A stretch of 64,000 nucleotides of DNA from Chlamydiota bacterium. GTDB taxonomy: Bacteria; Chlamydiota; Chlamydiia; Chlamydiales; Rhabdochlamydiaceae. The stretch covers positions 32,447 to 96,446 of the forward strand of contig JABDCQ010000002.1 of NCBI GenBank assembly GCA_013288075.1. The letters are read 5' to 3'. The position numbers and the translations under genes were made by a program. This document shows positions 37,838 through 47,692 of the stretch, one piece after another. The notes beneath the pieces are model-generated. The model searched no databases, was not told where the DNA came from, and saw nothing but the letters and a program-made list of their open reading frames with translations. Position 1 is the stretch's first letter; each line of letters opens with the position of its first letter.

Positions 37838-39350
37838 ACAGAAGCTCCTCTTCTTTTTCCTCAATCTTAGCTGCAAGTGAAGGGCGTACTGAAGGACTTC
37901 TATATTTTTCTATAAGCCGCTTAACTTCATTTTGATAGCATTCTCTGCAGAATTGATGCTCAACATAACAGTTTGGATCTGGATCTAATATTGTTATATT
38001 GCTAATTCTTTTCATGATGCTTTCATAGTGACTCATGCGTTGACTCATGAAACTCTCAAACACATGAGCGTCTACGGAATCAAGATAGAGTAATGCATCA
38101 TCCAAGGCCCATCTTTTAATGATGGCTCCTTGGCTTAAACCTTCTTTTATTCCAAGATATCTGTGTACGGCTAAAGATTGAAAATAGGGTGATCCCATAG
38201 ATGAAACTAGGTCGTTTTCGCTAGCAAAATTGTGGGAGTCGGGATGACAGCTATCAACCTCAAGAAATGATCCTCCTCCAAAAGTGAAAATGCGAATTTT
38301 TTGCCTTTCATTAATGTTTAATAGTTTTAAAGCATGCTCAGAAATAATTGCTCCTTGACTATGTGCAAATACGATAACTGGAGGTTGGGAATCTTCTTTG
38401 TTTGATAATGCAAGAAGATATCTTAAAAATTTAGCAGCCCAAGAAACAATAGGAGCATCAATTCCAATTTTTAAAGAAATGCATACTCCAACATCTTTTG
38501 CTCCAAGAATTAGAGAGTCATTTGGTAATGATAAAACCTCTTCTTCATTTGCATAGACAGAAATTAACTCTGCAGACTCTAATGCGCCTTCTCTCGAATT
38601 CAAAATGCCATTAATAAATCCCCAAATGCATTGACCTGATTTTTTCTTGCCAACGGTTCTCACTAGCGTTTCAATTTCTCCTTGAATTGGAGAAATTGCT
38701 TCTTCAGGGATTTGCACATTCCAAATACAGTGGCTAGGCCTGGAGCGTAAATGTTCAGAATCATTTTTGTGACGAACAATTACTGCATCTAGTCGATTCG
38801 TTTTCACCCATTCCATAGCCTCTTTCTTTGATAAGACGAGATCTGTTCCTATCAAGTAGGTGTCTTCCAAATCACCATTTTCTATCTTTGCGGTAATCTT
38901 CGGCAGAACGCATGTTTCTTCATTTCCAATCAATTCATATCCGCATGATTTTTCAATGACTTTTAGTAGTTTTTGAAGTTCTATATCCGTAAAGGATTTG
39001 AGTTTTTTTTCTATAGGCACAGGTATGCAACTACTTAACTTTGCAGCAAAAGCGTCGGTATTTTTGGGATGGTAATGTTCTGCTATTGCCTGGACAGTTG
39101 CATTGTAATACTTTTTGGAATGAAGCCAAGCTGAAAGTGCCTTATGACCTTGCTCTGGATAGGAAAAAATTGCAAAACCGTGACAAGAGCCTATTGAACC
39201 ATTGCTTCTTGCAAAATGACTGTGACTTTTTACTAATCCAGGATTATTTATCCGCCACGATAAATTTCCTCCTCTACGAATATGCTTATTGCCACATTTA
39301 TCAAAGTAGAGGATTGTTTTTTCATCTTGTGGGCATGCTATTCGATACAT
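37830..39350 (-). CDS. Multidomain protein: NNPG lysozyme-like N-domain plus DUF687-like lipase
   Basis: SWRINNPG and FAIF...E.G..A; then FINGILN, AHSQG, TFGG, NDLV and EH. Confidence 0.7.
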   Translation of the reverse strand: MYRIACPQDEKTILYFDKCGNKHIRRGGNLSWRINNPGLVKSHSHFARSNGSIGSCHGFAIFSYPEQGHKALSAWLHSKKYYNATVQAIAEHYHPKNTDAFAAKLSSCIPVPIEKKLKSFTDIELQKLLKVIEKSCGYELIGNEETCVLPKITAKIENGDLEDTYLIGTDLVLSKKEAMEWVKTNRLDAVIVRHKNDSEHLRSRPSHCIWNVQIPEEAISPIQGEIETLVRTVGKKKSGQCIWGFINGILNSREGALESAELISVYANEEEVLSLPNDSLILGAKDVGVCISLKIGIDAPIVSWAAKFLRYLLALSNKEDSQPPVIVFAHSQGAIISEHALKLLNINERQKIRIFTFGGGSFLEVDSCHPDSHNFASENDLVSSMGSPYFQSLAVHRYLGIKEGLSQGAIIKRWALDDALLYLDSVDAHVFESFMSQRMSHYESIMKRISNITILDPDPNCYVEHQFCRECYQNEVKRLIEKYRSPSVRPSLAAKIEEKEEELLYV

Positions 39351-39462
39351 TTCTATTTCCTTTATTCGACCCGTTTTGGCAGTGTGTTTTTGGGAAGCAG
39401 ATCAAAACAATCAACCAACTTTTTTTATCTAAATACCTCGTATACAAGAACTTGGGAAAAAG

Positions 39463-39536
<74 letters not shown>

Positions 39537-39555
39537 CTAGAAGAGATGGGTTATC

Positions 39556-40551
39556 TTATATATGATTGGGGGTGGAAAAGGCAAGGCCTTTTTTTAGGAG
39601 GGGGAGGGTGAAGGCGAGGAAGGTTGTAGTGTCGGGATGTTGGGAGGTGAGGATCGATTGGCGCAGTTCGAGGAGGGGGGGATTGGCCTTAAAGAGGAAG
39701 CCCATGAGTTGTTTGAGTTTGTTGACTTTGATTCGATCCGCAACTTCGGGGATAAGGCCTGCGGTGTAGGCATCGAGGTAGGTGGCGAGGTTTTCCCAAG
39801 AGGGTGTGTAAGAGGTGCCTGCAAAGTGCGCGCGGATTTCGTGGAAGATAAAGGGGTTGATGACGCTTCCTCTGCCTATCATGAGGGCGTCGCAGCGGGT
39901 GGTTTTTAGCATGTTTAGGGCGTCTTGTACATTGAGGATATCGCCATTGCCAACGACGGGGATGTGAAGGAGGGATTTGGCTTCTGCGATAAGGTCCCAG
40001 CGGGCGGGCGGGCCATAGCCATCGACTTTTGTGCGGGGGTGGAGGATGATGTAGCGAGCGCCGCTTTCCTCTGCTGCCAAAAGGTTTTCTTTAAAAAGAG
40101 AGATATCGTCAAAGCCCGAGCGCATTTTGATGGTTACGGGAACGGAGACGGAGGACACAAGGGCTTTTGCTACTTCGTAAAGGGAAGAGGGTTCCTTAAG
40201 GAGGCTTGAGCCGGCGCCTCTTCCTGTGACTGTATTTGAGGGACAGCCGCAGTTGAGGTTGATGTGGTGGGCTCCTCTTTTTTCAATTTCTTTGCCCATA
40301 GCAGCAATGGTTTCGGGCTCTGATCCCATAAGTTGAGCTGCAAGGGGAATGGGAGAGAGTTCATTGCTTTGGTAGGCAAGAGCAAGGCTTTCGACATGGG
40401 CGTTTTTAGGAACGCGCAGAAAGTCGGCGATGGCTTCATCAAAGCCTCCTACTGTAGCCATAGCTTTACGAAAGCAGCGGTCTCCGACTCCTTCCATAGG
40501 AGCTAGCATAAGGTAGGGGCAACCGTTTGGGTCTTGAGGAAGAATGTTCAT
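39556..40551 (-). CDS. dus: tRNA-dihydrouridine synthase
   Basis: LAPMEG, NCGCP, GAGSSLL, HPRT, NGDI and MIGRG motifs. Confidence 0.9.
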   Translation of the reverse strand: MNILPQDPNGCPYLMLAPMEGVGDRCFRKAMATVGGFDEAIADFLRVPKNAHVESLALAYQSNELSPIPLAAQLMGSEPETIAAMGKEIEKRGAHHINLNCGCPSNTVTGRGAGSSLLKEPSSLYEVAKALVSSVSVPVTIKMRSGFDDISLFKENLLAAEESGARYIILHPRTKVDGYGPPARWDLIAEAKSLLHIPVVGNGDILNVQDALNMLKTTRCDALMIGRGSVINPFIFHEIRAHFAGTSYTPSWENLATYLDAYTAGLIPEVADRIKVNKLKQLMGFLFKANPPLLELRQSILTSQHPDTTTFLAFTLPLLKKGLAFSTPNHI

Positions 40552-40749
40552 GGCAAAGATTATATCAGAACAAAGAATCAAAAATAATTAAAATAATTTT
40601 TGCACATAATCTTTTCTTTGATTATAGGATGAAGAAAGAAGGTGATAATGCGTAAAAAGTTGGAAATGCTCCGTTTTGTACTTTTGTCTCTACTGAAAAA
40701 TTGTTCTTTTCTATCGACTTTCAAATTTTCTTTTCTTGTGCGCTCTATC

Positions 40750-42039
40750 ATGCGCCTTTTATTCTTAAGAAAGTGTGTGTCTCTAATGCTCATCTCGGGG
40801 TTTATCTTTGGAACTCTTTATGCCGATGAACTTGGAGGGGATTTCGAAGATATCGATAATGCTGATGAACTTCTTACAATTCCCCCTGAATATGATGATG
40901 ATGAAGAGTATGCAGAGTGCGGAAGTGATAATGAAAGAGTGCGCGCAGATAGTTTACCTATCGACAGTTTTGAAGGGTCTTGCGAGCTTTATCTAGAAGG
41001 GTATATTCAGGCGCTTGTCGATGTGCATTATTACGAATTCCAAGTGGTTGTATCGGTAAGAGATAATACGGTGTATTTGGCAAATCTTCCTAACAATGAC
41101 CTCATTGCTAGCAGTATTATTTCGTTTGTTCAGGATTTACCCGATGTTTGCGATGTGGAAGTACGATGTGAAATGACAGAGGAGGAAAAGGCGATTCGTG
41201 AGGAGTATGTTGGAAAGCCTCAAGTGAATGGGATTTGGTTTCCTCAGTCTACAGTGCTTTTCTTGCCTCTTATTGCAGATCCAAGACAACCTATAAACTC
41301 AGCAAATTTAAGATTCGGGGATAAAATTGCGGGATATCAGGCCGTCGCTGTTTCTTTAGGCGATGACTTTCCTATTTTCCGCTGGAGAGATGTGCTTCCT
41401 TGGCATGGTGATATGCAAATAGGAATTGAAGCGGGAATCTGGGCGATTTTTAATTTTAAAGACAAGCCTCATAATGATAATGGAGATGTGTGCAAGCTTG
41501 TTAATACAGATTATTTTGTAGGGATTCCTTTAACATATGCTTTTGATAAGTGGTCGTTTAGATTGCGCGGTTACCATATTTCTTCTCACTTGGGCGATGA
41601 ATTTTTATGTGAAGCTCCTGACTGGGTAAAGAAGCGTACAAATCCAAGCTTTGAAGCCATTGACTTTTTCACCTCTTACCAATTTTCTTCAGGGCTTAGA
41701 GGCTATTTTGGTCCAGGGGTGATTGTGCATAGCGACAAATCGTTTAAGTTAAAACCTCTTTATGTTGAGTATGGAATGGAGCTTCGCATGTTTGGACGAA
41801 AGCTTTATTATCATAAACTCTATGGCACACCTTTTTTTGCGATGAACTTAGAAAACTGGCAGCAGCATGGGTGGTCGCTTGATTCTACATACATGATTGG
41901 CTATGAGTGGAGTAAGCTTCAAGGGATTGGACGCAAAATGCGCCTTTATGGAGAATACCACCAAGGCTTTTCCTATGAAGGTCAATTCTTCAACGAGCGC
42001 GTCAAATACGCCCAGCTCGGCTTCTCCTGGGGCTTCTAA
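40750..42039 (+). CDS. DUF1207 chlamydial outer-membrane protein
   Basis: Signal peptide, F.PLIADPR, YHISSHLGDE and terminal Phe; typical chlamydial context. Confidence 0.8.
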   Translation: MRLLFLRKCVSLMLISGFIFGTLYADELGGDFEDIDNADELLTIPPEYDDDEEYAECGSDNERVRADSLPIDSFEGSCELYLEGYIQALVDVHYYEFQVVVSVRDNTVYLANLPNNDLIASSIISFVQDLPDVCDVEVRCEMTEEEKAIREEYVGKPQVNGIWFPQSTVLFLPLIADPRQPINSANLRFGDKIAGYQAVAVSLGDDFPIFRWRDVLPWHGDMQIGIEAGIWAIFNFKDKPHNDNGDVCKLVNTDYFVGIPLTYAFDKWSFRLRGYHISSHLGDEFLCEAPDWVKKRTNPSFEAIDFFTSYQFSSGLRGYFGPGVIVHSDKSFKLKPLYVEYGMELRMFGRKLYYHKLYGTPFFAMNLENWQQHGWSLDSTYMIGYEWSKLQGIGRKMRLYGEYHQGFSYEGQFFNERVKYAQLGFSWGF

Positions 42040-42218
42040 CAGGAGGAAACCAGAAAGATAAAATTCTCTCTTTTTCTTCCTCTGTGTGCTCTGTGATCTC
42101 TGTGGTAAAAAAAATGCCAACACGTTAGATGCAATGTTCTGCGATAAATTTTTACCACAGAGATCACAGAGCACACAGAGGAAGAAAAAGAGAGAGGGAG
42201 AGAAACCCTCTCTGTTAG
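42036..42218. repeat. Long palindromic element, family A' copy 5
   Basis: Same arms as copy 4 with the loop inverted. The ends ctaacag/ctgttag hold the stop codons of both convergent genes. Confidence 0.9.
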
Positions 42219-44326
42219 AGGACAAAGCCTTCGGGGTAGATGGGGCCGTCTTTGCCAATTTTTAGGGTGTTGTTGAAGAACTTGCGGTAGATGTTAAGGG
42301 CTTGCTTAGCATTTTGGACACAGAAAAAGCAATTAGAGACCCACTCTGAGCCTACAATCGTGCCGCTCTCTTGGTTGCACTGGAAAATGGGTGTGATCTT
42401 TTGTTTCCAGTATTCAGGATCGCCAAAGAGAAGGACGGGAGTAGCTGAAACAGAGCCCACTTTCCTTCTGACTTCTTCAAGAGCAAATTCAAAATCGGTT
42501 CCAATGCCTCCTATGAGAAAAATGGGAAAGTCTAGGTTGAATTCAGCTTGTCTTTCGACGAGTCTATCAAGCCGGTAAGTCATTTTGGCATCGATATAGG
42601 GGTTTTGCTTTTGTTCGTTTACAACACTTGTTTTATGTCCTTTAAAGTCGGCGATATTCGCGCAGGAAAGAATATTTAATGAACGCGCTACTTTATTGCC
42701 AAGTTCCATAACGCCTGGGCCGCCGCCTGTTACAAGCGTAATAGGGGTATGTTTATTAAGCAGAAGGTGCGTAACTTCATTTTTGAGCTCTAAGATCCCT
42801 TTCATCAGAGCTAGAAGTTCTTTTTCGAACGTTCCTTCTGTAAGGTTTGAGCCGTAGAGTCCAAAGGTTGTAGCGTTAATAAAGGTTTCTACTTGGGCAA
42901 GAGGCACAAACATGCCGGAATCTTTACCGGGCTTAACAATATATTTCAGAATCTTTTTTGTGGAGGTATCGGCCCAAAAAACAGGGATGCCAAATTTGGA
43001 AAGATCTAGAAGAAAGGATCTGTCTTCATGCGAGAAAAAATCGCCATAAGTATGAGAAGGAAATTGGAAGTAAATCCCTTTAAGGCATTTTTGAACAAGG
43101 GTGCCAAAAAGAATTTTTTTCATAAGAGGTGAAGGGAAGTATCTGCAGAAAAGAACGCCTTGGCTTGTAATAAGGCCCTCTTCCATGCTTTTTAAAAAGG
43201 GATAGGCTGCTTGCTGCTCGATATAGCGCTCTGCAAGAAGGCCTTGGGTTTCTGGGTGGGCAAGACCGGGGAAATCGTAGGGGTGAGGCTCTCTTGTAAT
43301 CCAGTCGCTCGGGGTGAGATTTAGAAACTGCTCTCCTTTAACAATAAAAACAGCGCACGATTTGTGTGAGGGTCCAGGCGCTGTACTAAATGCTTTAAAC
43401 ACATCTTCTGTATTTTCAAGGCAGCTTTGAAGTTGATCTCTATCGGAGAAGTAGATGTACTCTCTATGAGGCTCTAAGGTATAAAATTCTAGGGGAATTC
43501 TTTCGATTTCTTCTCTAGAGGATCCAAAAAATTCGTAAATATTTCCAGATGCTTTTGTTTCAGGGGCCAAAATGGAGGCTGCTGTGTGTTCATAACCTTG
43601 CGGTAGAAGCGAGTGAATGACTTTTCCAAACACTGTACGCACATGTAAAGGCTCTGTACGTACAAGAAGAATCTTTTTTTCCTGAAGTTTTTTTTCTTGG
43701 CCTGGATTCCATTTTTGACTTAGAGGAAGAAGCTCTCTTGTTTTGAATTTTTTATCGTGAAGGGCTTTTTCCAAAATGGGTAAAAATCCAAAAATTTCGT
43801 CCTCATAGGTTACAACGCCTTTTAAAAGAGGCAGAAAAGCTACTACTCTTCCCTCTATCTTTTCTAGGAAAAGTCCTTCTTTTTCAATCATGCCGCCAAA
43901 GGATAATAGAGGAGAGCCTAATCTGTCTGCTCTTCCAAACATACGCAGTAAATAATCCGGGTCTTTGACTTTGCGTCTTGGATCTTGTGCAAAAAGCTTT
44001 CCGATATAGGCGCCTTTTGTTAATAATTCAAGCAGTCTTAGGGCAATGCTTCCATAAGCAATAAGATGAAGTTTTATCTCTGCTGTTTTGTGCACGGGAT
44101 CTAAAAGAGATTCTAGGGAAATAGCATGGAGGCCTATTTGGCCAAGCGTGCTTTTAAGGTCGAAAATCACAAGAGAGGGATCAATCTTAAAGCCGACAAA
44201 TGCGGGAGAAATATTTTCTATAAGAATGCTTATTTCAAGTTTTGCGGGATCGATTTTTTTTATTTGGGTGATTTTCCCATCAGGTGTAACTAAGTCGTAA
44301 TGATCAGAAAAAAGATAGCTTTCCAT
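42215..44326 (-). CDS. LOG-family domain protein (chlamydial)
   Basis: TGGGPGVME and GGIGTDFE motifs. Confidence 0.8.
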   Translation of the reverse strand: MESYLFSDHYDLVTPDGKITQIKKIDPAKLEISILIENISPAFVGFKIDPSLVIFDLKSTLGQIGLHAISLESLLDPVHKTAEIKLHLIAYGSIALRLLELLTKGAYIGKLFAQDPRRKVKDPDYLLRMFGRADRLGSPLLSFGGMIEKEGLFLEKIEGRVVAFLPLLKGVVTYEDEIFGFLPILEKALHDKKFKTRELLPLSQKWNPGQEKKLQEKKILLVRTEPLHVRTVFGKVIHSLLPQGYEHTAASILAPETKASGNIYEFFGSSREEIERIPLEFYTLEPHREYIYFSDRDQLQSCLENTEDVFKAFSTAPGPSHKSCAVFIVKGEQFLNLTPSDWITREPHPYDFPGLAHPETQGLLAERYIEQQAAYPFLKSMEEGLITSQGVLFCRYFPSPLMKKILFGTLVQKCLKGIYFQFPSHTYGDFFSHEDRSFLLDLSKFGIPVFWADTSTKKILKYIVKPGKDSGMFVPLAQVETFINATTFGLYGSNLTEGTFEKELLALMKGILELKNEVTHLLLNKHTPITLVTGGGPGVMELGNKVARSLNILSCANIADFKGHKTSVVNEQKQNPYIDAKMTYRLDRLVERQAEFNLDFPIFLIGGIGTDFEFALEEVRRKVGSVSATPVLLFGDPEYWKQKITPIFQCNQESGTIVGSEWVSNCFFCVQNAKQALNIYRKFFNNTLKIGKDGPIYPEGFVL

Positions 44327-44398
44327 AGGTACCAGAGTATATCTTGAGTATTTATCAAAGAGTCTTTAAAATGTCATTCTTTTTGGGAGGTCGGTTTT

Positions 44399-45280
44399 AT
44401 GCATACGCACATTATTCCACGTAGTCTAGGTGTTCATGATGGGACTTTCCATGCAGATGAGGTGAGCGCTGCAGCTCTTCTTTTGCTTTTTAATCTTATT
44501 GATAAAGATAAGATTATCCGCACAAGAGACGGGGAAAAACTTAAGAATTGCGAATATGTTTGCGATGTGGGAGGGATTTATGATCCTGCTTTAAAACGCT
44601 TTGACCATCACCAAGCAGAATATACAGGCGATTTTAGCAGCGCCGGAATGATTCTTAAGTATTTAAAAGACCAAAAAATTCTTGATGAGATCACCTATAA
44701 ATTTTTCAATCATTCGCTGATTTTAGGTGTGGATGCTCATGATAACGGGAGGGTGACATATGATTTAGGCTGGTGCAGCTTTTCTCATGTCATTTCAAAT
44801 TTTGTTCCCATAGCCTACGATGCGACATCCGAGGAGCAGACGGCCTCTTTTTTTCAGGCGCTTGATTTTGTCTTTGGGCATTTAACAAGGCTTCTAGAAA
44901 GGTTTCGCTACATTCAAAGCTGTAAAGAGAAAGTAGCCAAAGCTATGCAGGAAAGGAAACAGTATCTAGTCTTTGAAGAGGCTATTCCTTGGTTAGAAAG
45001 CTTTTTTGAGCTTGGTGGAGAAAAACATCCTGCGCTATTTGTGATTATGCCTGCTGGCGAGCATTTTAAATTAAGGGCTATTCCTCCTAATTTAAAACAA
45101 AGAATGCAGGTGAGAAAGCCTCTTCCTGCTGAATGGGCCGGGCTTCTTGATGAAGAATTAAAAAGAGTAAGTGGTATTTCTGGAGCTGTTTTTTGCCATA
45201 AAGGACGTTTTGTCTCTGTTTGGGAAACAAAAGAAGATGTTATGCAAGCGTTAAAATATGTATTGGGTATAAAGGAATGA
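44399..45280 (+). CDS. MYG1-family hydrolase
   Basis: HDGTFHADE, DVGG, FDHHQ and FCHKG motifs. Confidence 0.9.
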   Translation: MHTHIIPRSLGVHDGTFHADEVSAAALLLLFNLIDKDKIIRTRDGEKLKNCEYVCDVGGIYDPALKRFDHHQAEYTGDFSSAGMILKYLKDQKILDEITYKFFNHSLILGVDAHDNGRVTYDLGWCSFSHVISNFVPIAYDATSEEQTASFFQALDFVFGHLTRLLERFRYIQSCKEKVAKAMQERKQYLVFEEAIPWLESFFELGGEKHPALFVIMPAGEHFKLRAIPPNLKQRMQVRKPLPAEWAGLLDEELKRVSGISGAVFCHKGRFVSVWETKEDVMQALKYVLGIKE

Positions 45281-45612
45281 CAACGATTTTTGCAAAGATT
45301 ATAGAAGGGAAGCTTCCTTCAAAAAAAGTTTTTGAAAACGAGCGTATTTTGGCGATCGAAGACATAATGCCTGTCGCTCCTGTGCATATTCTTATTATGC
45401 CTAAAAAAGAAATTGCTAACTTGCAAGCTATGACAAAAGAAGATTATTCCTTGGTTGTAGAAATTATCGAGGTAGCGCAAAAATTGGCAGAAGAATTAGA
45501 TATAACAGATGGATATAGGCTTCTAACTAATAGTGGTGCAGAAGCTGGGCAAACGGTGTTCCACCTTCACTTCCATCTCATCGGAGGCAGAAGACTCACC
45601 CATTTAGCTTAA
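45277..45612 (+). CDS. HIT-family nucleotide-binding protein
   Basis: TIFAKII and GQTVFHLHFHLIGG motifs; ATGA overlap with the upstream gene. Confidence 0.95.
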   Translation: MTTIFAKIIEGKLPSKKVFENERILAIEDIMPVAPVHILIMPKKEIANLQAMTKEDYSLVVEIIEVAQKLAEELDITDGYRLLTNSGAEAGQTVFHLHFHLIGGRRLTHLA

Positions 45613-45618
45613 GATCCA

Positions 45619-45924
45619 CTAAGTCTATTTAGGCCTTTATTGACGCAAAGACGCAAAGGCGCAAAGGAAGAAGTCGCAAAGATGAATACAAAAAGGTTTT
45701 TAAGAATGCTTTTGCATTCTTAAAAATCTTTTTGTATTCACTGTTATATTTAAAGGGGAATCAGAGAAATTGCTCAAACATGTTACTTCATAAGAGATTG
45801 TTTTTCTCTGAATTTCCTTAAAACAATAGTTAAACATCTAGGGCCAAAGCCCTAGATGTTTGACCTTTGCGCTTTTCTTCGCGCCTTTGCGCCTTTGCGT
45901 CAATAAAAGCCTAAATAGACTTAG
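45619..45924. repeat. Branched palindromic element, family B copy 1 (306 bp)
   Basis: Outer arms with 8-nt (a/g)cgcaaag units enclose three internal hairpins. Confidence 0.9.
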
Positions 45925-45955
45925 GTTTTGCATTGAGAGTAACAAGGTGTATAAA

Positions 45956-47683
45956 GTGTTTAAGAGATTTATCATTTCCTTGACTGCGTGTTCTTCCTGT
46001 TTGTTTTCTGAAGATCTTACTTCTAAGATTTATACGCATCTTTTTATTCATGATACGCCGTCCGCTATTCTAGAGGCTAAAAACTTACTTAAAATCCACC
46101 CTGATTCTAAAGAGTTGCAATTTGCTCTTATCCGCGCTCTTTCTGAAAGAGGGGAAGATGTAGAGGCTATAAAAGTTTGGAAGAAAGTATCTAATGAAGA
46201 ATTAGATTCTAAACAAAAGCGGAATCTTTTAGAGATTTTGGGATGGGGCGTTCTTAAAAAGAGTGAGGACTCGTCCTTGCAGTTTGTGCGGTTAACCTCT
46301 CTTATAGGAGCGGCTCTTACACGCGATGCTAAGGCTATTCCTGTGCTTTTAAGGCATTTAAGGGGCACAAATGCCCTATTTCGCGCTGTTGCTGTAAATT
46401 TGGCAGCAAACTATGGAGACGCGCCTTTACAAGAAGAGCTTTTACGTTTGCTTAAAGAAGAAAAGGTTTGGTATGTGCGTTTAGAAGTGATTAAGGCTTC
46501 TGGAAGAGCTCCTTCTGTAGCCGTTAGAGCTGTTCTTAAAGAGATAATAGCTAATCCCAAAACTCTTGCAGAAGAAAAAAGCGCTGCTTTAATTGCCTTA
46601 GTAAGTATGTACGATTCTGTGGATGAAGAAGAGCTTAAAACCCTTGTAAAAAGTAACAGAGCGGGTTTAAGACAGCTTGGTTGCGAAGTTGTTTCTGCTT
46701 TAGAGCTTAAAGATAAGGTAGGCTATGTGATTCCCCTGCTTCAGGATGCAAGCCCGGATGTGAGAATTTCTGCGCTCAGTGTGCTGGCTTTAATGCGCCT
46801 TGATTCTTACAAAGGGAAAAAGGTAACAGCTCTTATAGAAAATAATCTCCATGACACAAATCCGGCAGTCGCCCTAACAGCTGCTTACCTATGTCTTATC
46901 CTTAAGGCTGAAAAAGGGGAGCTGGTTTTTAGAAAGTGGATAGAAGATCCTCGCGAAGAAAATAGACGCCTTGCATCAGGCGCTCTTGCAAAAACAGGCG
47001 TATTTGGAGCAAAGCTTGCTAAAGAATTTCTCCTTAAGGGAAAAGATTCTTATGTGCGGGTGAATTTAGCTCTTGGCCTTATTGGAATAAGAGAGAATGT
47101 AAATGAAGCGTGCGGCGTGCTTTATGCCGCTTTAATTAGCGAAAAAGAGACGAAGTGGATGTGGGAGCATGAACACCATTTTCTTTTCCGCTCTCTTGCT
47201 CCGAGTAAAGTGGGTTTTATAGAGCAAGTTCCTAATTATCCAGCTCTTGTCGATCAGCTTACAAGGCTTGAGCTTCTCTCTCTTTTAAGTGTGATGCGCC
47301 ATCCTAAAGCTCTAGATGCTGTCAAAGACTTTTTAAAGCACACCTCATGGGGGGTATCTGGGGCTGCTGCAGTGACCCTTTTACAAGAGGGTGATGAAAA
47401 TGCGTTTCTTGCAGTGCAAGACCTTCTTGATGACCCCGATGAAAAGCTCCGTATTCAGGCGGCTCTTATTTTGGCCATGATTGGAAGCGATCCTCGCGCT
47501 GTGGGCGTTTTACAAGAAGCCTATACCCATGTGGATAGAGACATGAAAATTCATATTTTAGAGGCTATTGCCCGGATTGGCGCTCCTGAGTCTATTCCCT
47601 TTCTTGTAAATATCTTGGAAGAACCATTTCAGGTATTGCGCGTTGTTGCAGCTTCTGCTTTAATCCAGTGCTTATACCATTAG
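45956..47683 (+). CDS. HEAT-repeat protein
   Basis: Repeated L.D....VR..A..AL units; probable GTG start downstream of the element. Confidence 0.8.
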   Translation: MFKRFIISLTACSSCLFSEDLTSKIYTHLFIHDTPSAILEAKNLLKIHPDSKELQFALIRALSERGEDVEAIKVWKKVSNEELDSKQKRNLLEILGWGVLKKSEDSSLQFVRLTSLIGAALTRDAKAIPVLLRHLRGTNALFRAVAVNLAANYGDAPLQEELLRLLKEEKVWYVRLEVIKASGRAPSVAVRAVLKEIIANPKTLAEEKSAALIALVSMYDSVDEEELKTLVKSNRAGLRQLGCEVVSALELKDKVGYVIPLLQDASPDVRISALSVLALMRLDSYKGKKVTALIENNLHDTNPAVALTAAYLCLILKAEKGELVFRKWIEDPREENRRLASGALAKTGVFGAKLAKEFLLKGKDSYVRVNLALGLIGIRENVNEACGVLYAALISEKETKWMWEHEHHFLFRSLAPSKVGFIEQVPNYPALVDQLTRLELLSLLSVMRHPKALDAVKDFLKHTSWGVSGAAAVTLLQEGDENAFLAVQDLLDDPDEKLRIQAALILAMIGSDPRAVGVLQEAYTHVDRDMKIHILEAIARIGAPESIPFLVNILEEPFQVLRVVAASALIQCLYH

Positions 47684-47692
47684 GAAAATAAA

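Noticed and set aside
39556..40200. Horizontal transfer or a diversity-generating retroelement as the cause of the G-rich dus segment
   Set aside because: The shift is a third-position gradient inside an intact gene, and no reverse transcriptase or template/variable repeat pair is visible.
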